This document shows, one piece after another, positions 20,016 to 29,085 of a stretch of 47,348 nt of DNA. The notes under the pieces are model-generated. The model saw nothing but the letters and a program-made list of their open reading frames with translations, was not told the origin of the DNA and ran no database searches. The translations under genes and the position numbers were made by a program. How positions within the stretch are numbered: the stretch's first letter is position 1; the number at the start of each line of letters is the position of its first letter. This DNA comes from a virus (taxonomy: Duplodnaviria > Heunggongvirae > Uroviricota > Caudoviricetes), in IMG/VR virus record IMGVR_UViG_3300024348_000012; one strand, written 5' to 3'.

Positions 20016-20987
20016 ATGAAAATTTTAATAACAGGTGGAGCTGGGTATTTGGGCTCGGTATTAGTTGGAAAACTATTAGAACAAAGTTATGAGGTTATTG
20101 TTTTGGATAAATTATTATTCAACCAAACTTCTCTATTACAATATACATCAAAATCAAAATTTAAATTTATACATGGTGATGTTCGTAATGAAAAACTATT
20201 AGAAAAACTTTGCAATGAAGCAGATGTAATTGTTCCATTAGCAGCAATTGTAGGATTTCCTGCATGTGCACAAGACCCAAAACTTGCAAAAGAAATTAAC
20301 TTTCAACAAATAGTAAACATAGTTAAATTTACAAACGGAAAGGGTAAAAAGATTTTATATCCAAACACAAATAGTGGTTATGGTTTAAGTACCGGTCAAT
20401 TAGAATGTACCGAAGAATCACCACTCACTCCAATATCAGTTTATGGACAAACAAAATGTGATGCAGAAAACTTTTTAAGAACATCAACAGATACAATCAT
20501 ATTTAGATTAGCAACTGTCTTTGGAGTTTCACCAAGAATGAGAACGGACTTATTAGTAAACGATTTTGTTTATAAAGCAATAACGGACAAATATATAGTT
20601 GTATTTGAAAAACAATTTAAAAGAAACTTTATCCATATTCAGGATGTAGCATTTACGTTTTGTTTTATGATTCAACATTACGACAAATATAAAAGTGAAG
20701 TATTCAATGTGGGATTAAGTAATGCAAATCTTTCAAAACAAGAGTTATTAGAAAAAATACAATCTCATGTAAAGGACTTTGCAGTGGTCTACGATGACTA
20801 TTATGAGGACCCAGATAAGAGGAACTACATTGTATCAAACGAGAAGTTAGAAGCAACAGGATGGGGCCCGCAGTGGGATTTAAATAGAGGTATTAAAGAA
20901 CTTATAATGGCATACCAAATGATAGTTCCAAAAATGGGTTTTGAATTTAGAAACGGGTTTCCTTTAGGTTACGCAAATCAAACATAA
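20016..20987 (+). CDS. NAD-dependent NDP-sugar epimerase/dehydratase (extended SDR)
   Basis: ILITGGAGYLG, LAAIVG, YGQTK (YxxxK), FRLATVFG, RNFIHIQDV. Confidence 0.9.
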   Translation: MKILITGGAGYLGSVLVGKLLEQSYEVIVLDKLLFNQTSLLQYTSKSKFKFIHGDVRNEKLLEKLCNEADVIVPLAAIVGFPACAQDPKLAKEINFQQIVNIVKFTNGKGKKILYPNTNSGYGLSTGQLECTEESPLTPISVYGQTKCDAENFLRTSTDTIIFRLATVFGVSPRMRTDLLVNDFVYKAITDKYIVVFEKQFKRNFIHIQDVAFTFCFMIQHYDKYKSEVFNVGLSNANLSKQELLEKIQSHVKDFAVVYDDYYEDPDKRNYIVSNEKLEATGWGPQWDLNRGIKELIMAYQMIVPKMGFEFRNGFPLGYANQT

Positions 20988-20988
20988 T

Positions 20989-21534
20989 ATGAGCAATAAA
21001 TGGGATGAGTTTCAAATTACTCCATCTAAAAAATTTGGTTACGAAGTACCGACATATACTCCATCAATTTATAGAGAATATAGAGGTGAGATATTTACAA
21101 CTTTCCATTCAGAAGAACATCCTGTAATGACACAAATACATTATGATAAAAGTGAGATTAGTATTCATGGTAGATTCTCAAAATCATACAAAGGTGTATT
21201 AAGAGGATTACATTACGATAATAAGACTTGGAAGTTAGTACAAGCAGTAGTTGGAGATATTTACCTAATTGTTTTGGATATGAGAAAAAATAGTCCTACT
21301 TTTGGAGAGTGGGAATCTTTTATGATAACCGAAAAAGATAGAAATCAAGTATTAGTTCCACCTGGATTTGCAAATGGACACTACGCATTAACCGATTGTA
21401 TGTTTCATTATAACTTATTTTACAAAGATGGTTATGTTGATGCAGACGAGCAAGGTGTAGTTAAGTGGAACGACTCTGAATATCAAATGGAATGGCCAAC
21501 AAATAATCCAATATTACAAAAAAGAGATAGATAA
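20989..21534 (+). CDS. rmlC: dTDP-4-dehydrorhamnose 3,5-epimerase family (cupin)
   Basis: YREYRG, GVLRGLHY, DMRKNSPTFGEW, VPPGFANG, VKWND. Confidence 0.88.
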   Translation: MSNKWDEFQITPSKKFGYEVPTYTPSIYREYRGEIFTTFHSEEHPVMTQIHYDKSEISIHGRFSKSYKGVLRGLHYDNKTWKLVQAVVGDIYLIVLDMRKNSPTFGEWESFMITEKDRNQVLVPPGFANGHYALTDCMFHYNLFYKDGYVDADEQGVVKWNDSEYQMEWPTNNPILQKRDR

Positions 21535-22265
21535 TGAAAAAATATGATTTAATTATAGGATTTGGATGTTCTTTTATGGAAGGAGGTGGATTAGATAATC
21601 AAACAATTCATATGAGAATGCATGGATTGGAAACCCCTATTAGTCTTAATGAAACTGAAGAATTTAGATATAAAAATAATTTTATAGCATACCTTGCAGA
21701 ATTATATAATTGTGAATACATCAATTTTGCAGAATCAAGATGTCCAAATGATTTAATATTTGAAAACATATACAAATATTTTAATAATAATGTTTCAGAC
21801 AAAAAAATATTATTAGTAGGTCAAATCAGTTTATTTAATAGAATTTATGCATATTATGAACCAATTGAAAAATTTGTAAAAGTAAGTGCATTACGATGGG
21901 AAGACCACCCATTTAATTCCGAACCTAAAATGAAAGAATTATATGATTATTTTGAAAGACATTTAAAATATATTTATAATGAAGATGCAGAATATAAAAA
22001 AACTGTAAGAAATATAGAAACATATACTGCTTGGTTAACAGAAAAAAACGTAGATTCCGTATGGTTATCATATGAAGGCCGTCCTGAACAATTTGTAGAA
22101 TCCAAAAATTTTATAAAATTTGATGGTGATAATTTAGGTGCGTATGTAGAAAAAAATAAATTAAGATTAAAAGATGACCCAATTTTAAAAACGGATGATT
22201 TACATATGACAATCAATGCACATAGATTGGTTGCAAATAAAATTTATGAAAAAATCAGAGGATAA
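21534..22265 (+). CDS. SGNH-hydrolase-like protein (GCS variant)
   Basis: N-terminal GFGCSFMEG and C-terminal TDDLHM (DxxH). Confidence 0.6.
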   Translation: MKKYDLIIGFGCSFMEGGGLDNQTIHMRMHGLETPISLNETEEFRYKNNFIAYLAELYNCEYINFAESRCPNDLIFENIYKYFNNNVSDKKILLVGQISLFNRIYAYYEPIEKFVKVSALRWEDHPFNSEPKMKELYDYFERHLKYIYNEDAEYKKTVRNIETYTAWLTEKNVDSVWLSYEGRPEQFVESKNFIKFDGDNLGAYVEKNKLRLKDDPILKTDDLHMTINAHRLVANKIYEKIRG

Positions 22266-23358
22266 ATTAAAAAAATACATTTGCACTATTCCATTTATGC
22301 ATATGGAAATACATCAAGAAAGAAGTTATTTATGTTGTCCTTCTTGGTTGCCACATCCAATATTTCATAATGATAGAGAAATAAAAGAAGTATGGAACGA
22401 CGAACTTGCACAAAAAATACGCCAATCAATTTTAGATGGTGAATATGAATATTGTTCAAAAACATTTTGCCCCTCATTAAATGAACTAATAAACACAGAG
22501 GGCCCACCTCCTTTATTTTCTAATTTTGTTAAAAAAGAAAAATTTCCACATGAAATAAACCATTGGGATATAAAAAATTATGTAGTAGAAAATACACCCA
22601 TTATTTCAAAAACTCCTGGTGAATTAAATTTTACATTTGACAGAAGTTGTAATTTAAAATGTCCATCTTGTAGAAGTTCACAATATATGGCAAATCAAGA
22701 TGAAGTAGAAAGAATAAATGATATATTAGATTATATAGAACAAAATTTTTCAGAAAATGTTAAAAAAATATTTATTACAGGCAGTGGTGACCCATTCGCA
22801 TCAAAATCATTTAGAAGATTTTTAAAAAATTTTGATAAAGAAAAATTTAAAAATTTAAATATATTACATCTTTCTACAAACGGAAATCTTTTTGATGAAA
22901 AAATGTGGGATGAAATAAAAAATAGTAGAGATTATATAAAATATTGTGAAGTAAGTATAGATGCAGCCACTAAATATACTTATGAAAATGTTACAAGGTT
23001 AAATGGTGATTGGGATAAATTGATGAATAATTTAAAATTTATAATATCATTAGATTCTATAACATGTTTAAGATTTTCATTTGTAGTACAGAATAAAAAC
23101 TACAAAGAAATTATTCCATTTATAGAATTAATTTATGAATTAAATAAAGAAAGAATAAAAAAATTTGGAGAATGGTCATCTGTGATATATTTTTCAAAAG
23201 TAGATGATTGGTATGTAATGCCACCTCAAGAATTTGATGAATATGCAGTCTGGAAAGATTCTCATCAAAACTATAACGAATTTTTAGAAGAAATAAAGAA
23301 AATAAAAAATTATAAAAATAAAATAACAATTCAAACAAATTTTAATGAATTAATATGA
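22216..23358 (+). CDS. Radical SAM / SPASM-like protein
   Basis: CNLKCPSC, GSGDPF, N-terminal CTIPF...LCCP...YCSKTFCP; start probably ATG 22246. Confidence 0.85.
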   Translation: MHIDWLQIKFMKKSEDKLKKYICTIPFMHMEIHQERSYLCCPSWLPHPIFHNDREIKEVWNDELAQKIRQSILDGEYEYCSKTFCPSLNELINTEGPPPLFSNFVKKEKFPHEINHWDIKNYVVENTPIISKTPGELNFTFDRSCNLKCPSCRSSQYMANQDEVERINDILDYIEQNFSENVKKIFITGSGDPFASKSFRRFLKNFDKEKFKNLNILHLSTNGNLFDEKMWDEIKNSRDYIKYCEVSIDAATKYTYENVTRLNGDWDKLMNNLKFIISLDSITCLRFSFVVQNKNYKEIIPFIELIYELNKERIKKFGEWSSVIYFSKVDDWYVMPPQEFDEYAVWKDSHQNYNEFLEEIKKIKNYKNKITIQTNFNELI

Positions 23359-23993
23359 TAAAAAATTTAGAACAATATCCAATAGTAAGAACTGAAACGG
23401 AAATTGGATGGACACCGGAAAAACTCATTCGTTTTGAAGAAAGAATTGTTGAACATTGGAGTAATGCAAAAATACGAGGCCCAATTCATCTATCCAATGG
23501 AAACGAAGAACAATTGATTGAAATATTCAAAAGAGTTAAAGAAACCGATTGGGTATTCAGTACATGGCGTTCACACTATCATTGGTTATTAAAAGGCAAT
23601 TCAGCTGATTATGCCGAAGAACTTATCTTACAAGGTAAATCTATCACCCTATGTGACATAGACGATAAATTTTACGCATCTGCAATAGTCGGTGGTACTT
23701 TATCCATTGCATTGGGTGTTGCAATGGGAATCAAACAAAAAGCTAGTGATGAAAAAGTATTTGTATTTATAGGTGATATGTCATTTGAAAGTGGTATATT
23801 TTATGAAGTTCACAAGTATGCAAGAAACTTTGACTTACCAATTGTATTTGTTGTAGAAGATAATGCAGTATCAACTTATACACCAACCGAAGCTACTTGG
23901 AATAAAAAACGAGAAGTACCATCGGATGTAATTTATTATACATACAAATCAAAATTCCCACACTATGGAACTGGAAAGTGGATTGCCTTTTAA
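23355..23993 (+). CDS. TPP-dependent dehydrogenase E1-alpha-like subunit (short)
   Basis: RGPIHLSNG, STWRSHYH, SAIVGG, TPP motif GDMSFESG...VVEDN; 212 aa. Confidence 0.88.
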   Translation: MIKNLEQYPIVRTETEIGWTPEKLIRFEERIVEHWSNAKIRGPIHLSNGNEEQLIEIFKRVKETDWVFSTWRSHYHWLLKGNSADYAEELILQGKSITLCDIDDKFYASAIVGGTLSIALGVAMGIKQKASDEKVFVFIGDMSFESGIFYEVHKYARNFDLPIVFVVEDNAVSTYTPTEATWNKKREVPSDVIYYTYKSKFPHYGTGKWIAF

Positions 23994-25308
23994 ATTTTAT
24001 TTTGAAAACATAGATAAGTTTGGCAGAATTATACCAAATAATTTATCCAAAAATGAATTAGATGAATATAATGCATTATGTTCGGAAAAATATAATTGGA
24101 ATCAATTTGTTATGGATGGAAAAACTAAAAAAACAAATCATACATTTTTTATTTCATATATAGTTCCCAATGAATTGGCAACAACCGATATAAATGAAAA
24201 AAATTTAATATATTTGTGTGAAGCATTTACTCCACCATCTTTTTATGGTAATAAGTTTGTAGAAAATATGTCTGAAAATGTTTATAATAAATTAAAAAAT
24301 AAAGAAATAATTGTTTTATTTAATTGGTTTAGTGAACCACAATATGATGAAATTTTTAATAGTATTATGGAAAAATTATGTAAAGAAAATAATTTTAATC
24401 CATCTAATTTCGTAGTATTTACAAGTGGAAATAATATTGTTAACACATCAAAGTTACACTACATATCAGACCACTTTTTCATTTCTACTTCTGCAAATTT
24501 TTTAAAATATTTTTTACAAAATAAAATATTTAAACCAAATCAATTTGATTATGTTTGTGAAATTGTAAATCAAGATGTTTTTGATAATAAAAAAACAAAA
24601 CATTTTATTTCATTAAATAGACATGTTGATAGACCACATAGATACGGATTGGGATTATTTTTAGAAAAACATAATATGTGGGAAAAAGGAAATTTTACTT
24701 TTTTAGTTTGTGATAAACCTAAAAAAAATGATGAATTAATTGAAGTATTTGATGAAAATACTGCAAATGATTATTCAATATATGGAGATGCATTTCATAA
24801 AAAAATACCATTGGAAATAGATACACAAAAATTAATGAATAATGTTCAATTTGGTAATTTTGGAACATCACACATATATTATAAACCCATTTACGAAAAT
24901 AGTGCATTTAATATTATAACGGAAACCACATTTAAAAACAATACAGTTTTCCTATCAGAAAAAACATTTCATCCAATAATAAATTTACAACCATTTATAA
25001 TGTTTGCATCAAATGGACAATTAAAAGAATTACAAAAATTAGGATTTAAAACATTTGGAGATATTATAGATGAAAGTTATGATAACGAAACCAATTCAAA
25101 GAAACGATTTGAAATGGTATGTAATGAAATAAAAAAACTTTCTGAATTAAATATTGATGAAATAAATGAATTGTTTTTAAAATGTAAAGATGTTTGTATA
25201 TATAATAGAAATCATTTACTATCATTTACAAAATATGATGTTTACGAAAATAGTATAGAAAAATTAAAAAAAATAAAATGGAATTTACAGGAAAAAAAGT
25301 TATTATAA
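23965..25308 (+). CDS. Putative glycosyltransferase (GT10/fucosyltransferase-like C-terminal motif)
   Basis: YENSAFNIITET...FLSEKTFHPIINLQPFIMF...LGFKTF...DESYD; paralog of 32662..34110. Confidence 0.45.
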   Translation: MELESGLPFKFYFENIDKFGRIIPNNLSKNELDEYNALCSEKYNWNQFVMDGKTKKTNHTFFISYIVPNELATTDINEKNLIYLCEAFTPPSFYGNKFVENMSENVYNKLKNKEIIVLFNWFSEPQYDEIFNSIMEKLCKENNFNPSNFVVFTSGNNIVNTSKLHYISDHFFISTSANFLKYFLQNKIFKPNQFDYVCEIVNQDVFDNKKTKHFISLNRHVDRPHRYGLGLFLEKHNMWEKGNFTFLVCDKPKKNDELIEVFDENTANDYSIYGDAFHKKIPLEIDTQKLMNNVQFGNFGTSHIYYKPIYENSAFNIITETTFKNNTVFLSEKTFHPIINLQPFIMFASNGQLKELQKLGFKTFGDIIDESYDNETNSKKRFEMVCNEIKKLSELNIDEINELFLKCKDVCIYNRNHLLSFTKYDVYENSIEKLKKIKWNLQEKKLL

Positions 25309-26276
25309 CCGGAGCAAACGGATTAGTTGGTTTACCGGCAGTTAAAAAATGTTTAGAAGAAGGTGCTGCAAAAGTATACGCAGTAGACCTTAGATTTAGT
25401 GAAAACTTAAACTTTCTAAAAGGACAATATCAGGATAGATTAGTATTGGTTAAAACCGACCTTACATATCTTTCTCATTGTGAAAGTTTATTTGCAGATG
25501 AAAAAATAGATATCGTTCTACACATAGCAGGTGTCAAAGGTTCACCAGCAAGGTCATCAACTCAACCTGCGGATTACCTATTCCCAATGTTGATGTTCAA
25601 TACCAATATGATTAAAGCATCATTTGACGCAAAGGTTGATTGGTTTGTATATCTTTCATCGGTAGGAGTTTATAAACCGGCAGATGTAATGAATGAGGGT
25701 GATACATGGAATCAAGAAGAAACTTGGGCATCCACACCATCTCGTTTAGACTGGCATCCAGGTTGGACAAAAAGAATGGGTGAATTAACTTTGGATTCAT
25801 TAAGAGTTCAATATGGTTGGAAAAATTGGACAGTAATTAGACCTTCAAACATTTATGGTATTAATGATAACTTTGCACAAGATGCAACTGTTATCAGTTC
25901 TAATATTTGGAAATTATTTAATGTGGAAGGTGAAGAAATGGTTTGTTGGGGAGATGGTTCATCACGTAGAGATTTTGTATTTGGTGATGATGTTGCACAA
26001 GCTGCAATTGATGTAGTTAAAAAAGAAGTTAGTGATATCATTAATTTTGGTTGTGCAGAAGCAGTAACTATTAAAGAAACAATTGAAACCATTGTTGAAT
26101 GTTACAAAGAAATTACCGGTAAAATAAAAGTTATTACATGGGATTCTACAAAAACAAATGGTGACCCAATTAGATGTTTAGGAGCTGACAAACAAAAGAA
26201 ATATGGTATTTTACCACAAACCAGTTTAAAAGAAGGATTAACTAAATCAATATTAGAATATAAAAGTAGATTATAA
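25278..26276 (+). CDS. GDP-L-fucose-synthase-like SDR with non-canonical active site
   Basis: ITGANGLVG, PADYLF, LSSVGVY, RPSNIYGINDNF, WGDGSSRRDFVFGDDVA, WDSTKTNG; PGWTK at the YxxxK position. Confidence 0.85.
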   Translation: MEFTGKKVIITGANGLVGLPAVKKCLEEGAAKVYAVDLRFSENLNFLKGQYQDRLVLVKTDLTYLSHCESLFADEKIDIVLHIAGVKGSPARSSTQPADYLFPMLMFNTNMIKASFDAKVDWFVYLSSVGVYKPADVMNEGDTWNQEETWASTPSRLDWHPGWTKRMGELTLDSLRVQYGWKNWTVIRPSNIYGINDNFAQDATVISSNIWKLFNVEGEEMVCWGDGSSRRDFVFGDDVAQAAIDVVKKEVSDIINFGCAEAVTIKETIETIVECYKEITGKIKVITWDSTKTNGDPIRCLGADKQKKYGILPQTSLKEGLTKSILEYKSRL

Positions 26277-27301
26277 TGAAACATTTAATCACATCGGGTT
26301 GTTCTTTTACAAGTTTAACAAAACCAAACATAGATTTTCCTGTTGAAATAGAAATACCATTACAACATAAACGTAGAGATATGTGGACTTGGGTGGATTG
26401 GATTAGACATTATAATGAACAATCTTATTCAGTTTATAATTATGGATGTCCTACAAACGATAATGATACGATAGTTGAGAGTACACTATATGGAATTAAT
26501 AAATTGTTAAAAAGAGGAATTCCTTCAAATGATATTGAAGTTATAATACAATGGACGTGTGCGACTAGAAATTCTTTTTTTATTCCAAATGGATTTATTG
26601 ATAAAAACAAAATAGTAAATGCACATACTAATGATTTTGTAGATGAAAAAAGATTTAAATTTGAAAAAGGATTTAAATATTTAACGGGTGGATATAATAA
26701 AACGGAACAACCCGCAGAACTAAATGATATTACAATGAATTATTTAGCTTTACAATTTTCTCATCACGAACGAATTATAAATTGGTTAAAAAACATAATA
26801 TTAATTTCAAGTTATTGTAAAAGTAAAGGAATAAAATATAAATTTTTTCAGTTAAATAATAATATATCATCTTATTATTATAATAGATTCAAAGGCCTAT
26901 CGCCAAAACAAAATAAAATGAATACTGAACCACATTTGCCAATTAAAGAGGATTTATTAAAAACAAAAGACATTGAATATACTTGGGATGATACTATGTT
27001 TATAGATAATCCATATATAAACTATTTAGTAGAACAAATTGATTTTAATAGTGATTTTTGGTTTTATGAAATAAACAATCACCATAAATTCGGTGGTAGT
27101 TTGGAGTGGACAATAAATGAATGGAATGATAATATTGAAGATGATAGTGGATTTGAATTGAGTAATATTGTTTATTATGAATTAGAAAATAAAACTGAAG
27201 AAGAAATTAAAGAATTTTTCAGAACAAAATCATACGGACATCCATCATCATTAATGTGGAGAAAGTTTTATTTTGAAATTTTAAAACCAAATTTTTTATG
27301 A
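26276..27301 (+). CDS. SGNH-hydrolase-like protein (GCS variant)
   Basis: LITSGCSFT, IIQWT, C-terminal YGHPS. Confidence 0.55.
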   Translation: MKHLITSGCSFTSLTKPNIDFPVEIEIPLQHKRRDMWTWVDWIRHYNEQSYSVYNYGCPTNDNDTIVESTLYGINKLLKRGIPSNDIEVIIQWTCATRNSFFIPNGFIDKNKIVNAHTNDFVDEKRFKFEKGFKYLTGGYNKTEQPAELNDITMNYLALQFSHHERIINWLKNIILISSYCKSKGIKYKFFQLNNNISSYYYNRFKGLSPKQNKMNTEPHLPIKEDLLKTKDIEYTWDDTMFIDNPYINYLVEQIDFNSDFWFYEINNHHKFGGSLEWTINEWNDNIEDDSGFELSNIVYYELENKTEEEIKEFFRTKSYGHPSSLMWRKFYFEILKPNFL

Positions 27302-28386
27302 AACATATAATTTGTAGTGGTTGTTCTTTTACAAGAGCAGGTCGGCTAAATATAAATGTAACTTCTGATAATTTTTTAAAAGAAGATGACCAAACCGGTG
27401 ATTCAAATGAATTTAACTACTATCCACATTGGATTCAAACACTACATCCAGAAACAAACGTAATAAATTTGGGTAGTGTAACTAATGATAATAAAACAAT
27501 AGCTAGAAGTATAATTTATAAAATAGAAAAACTAAAAAAACAAGAAATACCATTAAATGATATATCGGTAATAGTTCAATGGTCATCTTTTTATAGAAAT
27601 TCTTTTTTTGTATCACCATCTAAACAAAAAGAAAATCAAAAGTTAAAATTACCACAAGATAGAGGTAGATGGAGTGATGAAAATTCACATATAAATGATT
27701 TTGTAGAAGAAAAAACAAATTTAGGTGAGCATGGTTATTATTTTTTAACTGGTGGTTTTGGTATGGGACATGTAAAAAACCCAATTAAAGATTTTGCTGA
27801 ATTATATTTAGGCCACCTACATTCATATGAGGAAAGATTACTTTCGTTTTTAGAAACAATTGTTATGTTACAGATGTATTTAAAATCAAATGGAATTAAA
27901 TATAAAATGTTTAATATTGCAAACAATTTTTCAGATACATATGTTTTAAATTGTATAAATGGTGGAGGTTTTCCTGATTTCAAACCAACAGGCGGCAAAC
28001 GTAATCAAATGTATGAAATTATAAAAAATAAATATATTCCAAATACATGGAATGATAAAATGGAATATTTTTCAAATCCATATTTAAAATATTATTATGA
28101 TATGATAGATTGGGATGGTTTTTGGTTTTACGAAGAAGAAAATAATCATAAATATGGTGGAGTTACGGAATGGGCCATTAAAAATTTTAATATAAACGAC
28201 CCGAACAGAGATGTGAATTTTAGAAATGCACTTTTTATGGAACAAATAATAAGAGATAATAAAGAATATACCGAAGATAATTTGATTGATATATATGAGG
28301 ACTGGAGGTGCCCACTTGGACATGTATCTGCTAGAATGTATAAATTATTTACTCAAAATGTAATTTCAAAATGGAATCTTTTTTAA
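27298..28386 (+). CDS. SGNH-hydrolase-like protein (GCS variant), tandem paralog of the previous gene
   Basis: IICSGCSFT, VIVQWS, YYFLTGG, FWFYE...HKYGG..EW, C-terminal LGHVS all shared with 26276..27301. Confidence 0.55.
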   Translation: MKHIICSGCSFTRAGRLNINVTSDNFLKEDDQTGDSNEFNYYPHWIQTLHPETNVINLGSVTNDNKTIARSIIYKIEKLKKQEIPLNDISVIVQWSSFYRNSFFVSPSKQKENQKLKLPQDRGRWSDENSHINDFVEEKTNLGEHGYYFLTGGFGMGHVKNPIKDFAELYLGHLHSYEERLLSFLETIVMLQMYLKSNGIKYKMFNIANNFSDTYVLNCINGGGFPDFKPTGGKRNQMYEIIKNKYIPNTWNDKMEYFSNPYLKYYYDMIDWDGFWFYEEENNHKYGGVTEWAIKNFNINDPNRDVNFRNALFMEQIIRDNKEYTEDNLIDIYEDWRCPLGHVSARMYKLFTQNVISKWNLF

Positions 28387-29057
28387 AAAAACAATTATTT
28401 GAAACCGGATATATTTCATTTAAATTAAAAGAATTTGATGAAAAAATTTATAATTCTTTAAAAGTTTTATTTCCTCCAGGAAGTTTAAATCCAAAACAAT
28501 TTAATAATTTAAAAGCTTCCATAATAAAAAGAAAAAATAATGATATTGACCCCAAATGGCCAAACGTATCAAATGGTAAATTTGAAGAACTTGAAGAAAT
28601 AAAAAAAGAAATAATAAAAAATTGTAACAACGATTCAAACAATTCATACGGATTAGACCAAATATGGTATTTTGATTGGCCATATGACCCCAAATGTTCA
28701 AAAACACCACATTCAGAAATATTAAATCCTATTTTTAAATATTTTTATGATGTTGAGTGTGATTCGGCAAATTCACAAATAACAATGTATAATGATGATT
28801 GTTTTTTAATAAATCATAGAGATGGTGACGGAGGATACACAGGAGACAGAAAGTGTGCAATACTCATATATCTTTCTACGGACTATGAAAATGGTAAAGG
28901 AGGAGAAATGGTTTTAAGTAAAGATAAAAATAATGAAGAGTGGATAGAACCAATATACGGAAATGTTGCTATATTTGATTTTACAAAACACAACATATGG
29001 CATAGAGTAGAAAAAATAAATGGATATAATAGATATTGTTACATAAATTTTTGTTAA
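28371..29057 (+). CDS. 2OG-Fe(II) oxygenase, EGLN/prolyl-4-hydroxylase-like
   Basis: INHRD (HxD), CAILIYLS, GGEM, IEPIYG, WHRVEKI, distal R (NRY). Confidence 0.85.
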   Translation: MESFLKKQLFETGYISFKLKEFDEKIYNSLKVLFPPGSLNPKQFNNLKASIIKRKNNDIDPKWPNVSNGKFEELEEIKKEIIKNCNNDSNNSYGLDQIWYFDWPYDPKCSKTPHSEILNPIFKYFYDVECDSANSQITMYNDDCFLINHRDGDGGYTGDRKCAILIYLSTDYENGKGGEMVLSKDKNNEEWIEPIYGNVAIFDFTKHNIWHRVEKINGYNRYCYINFC

Positions 29058-29081
29058 TTTCAAAAAAAAATCGTATATTGA
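29050..29081 (+). promoter_or_regulatory. Bacteroidota sigma70-type promoter (variant -7 box)
   Basis: TTTG (29050-29053), 20 nt, TATATTGA (29074-29081), preceded by TCG as in the 593 and 41072 copies. Confidence 0.5.
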
Positions 29082-29085
29082 AAAT

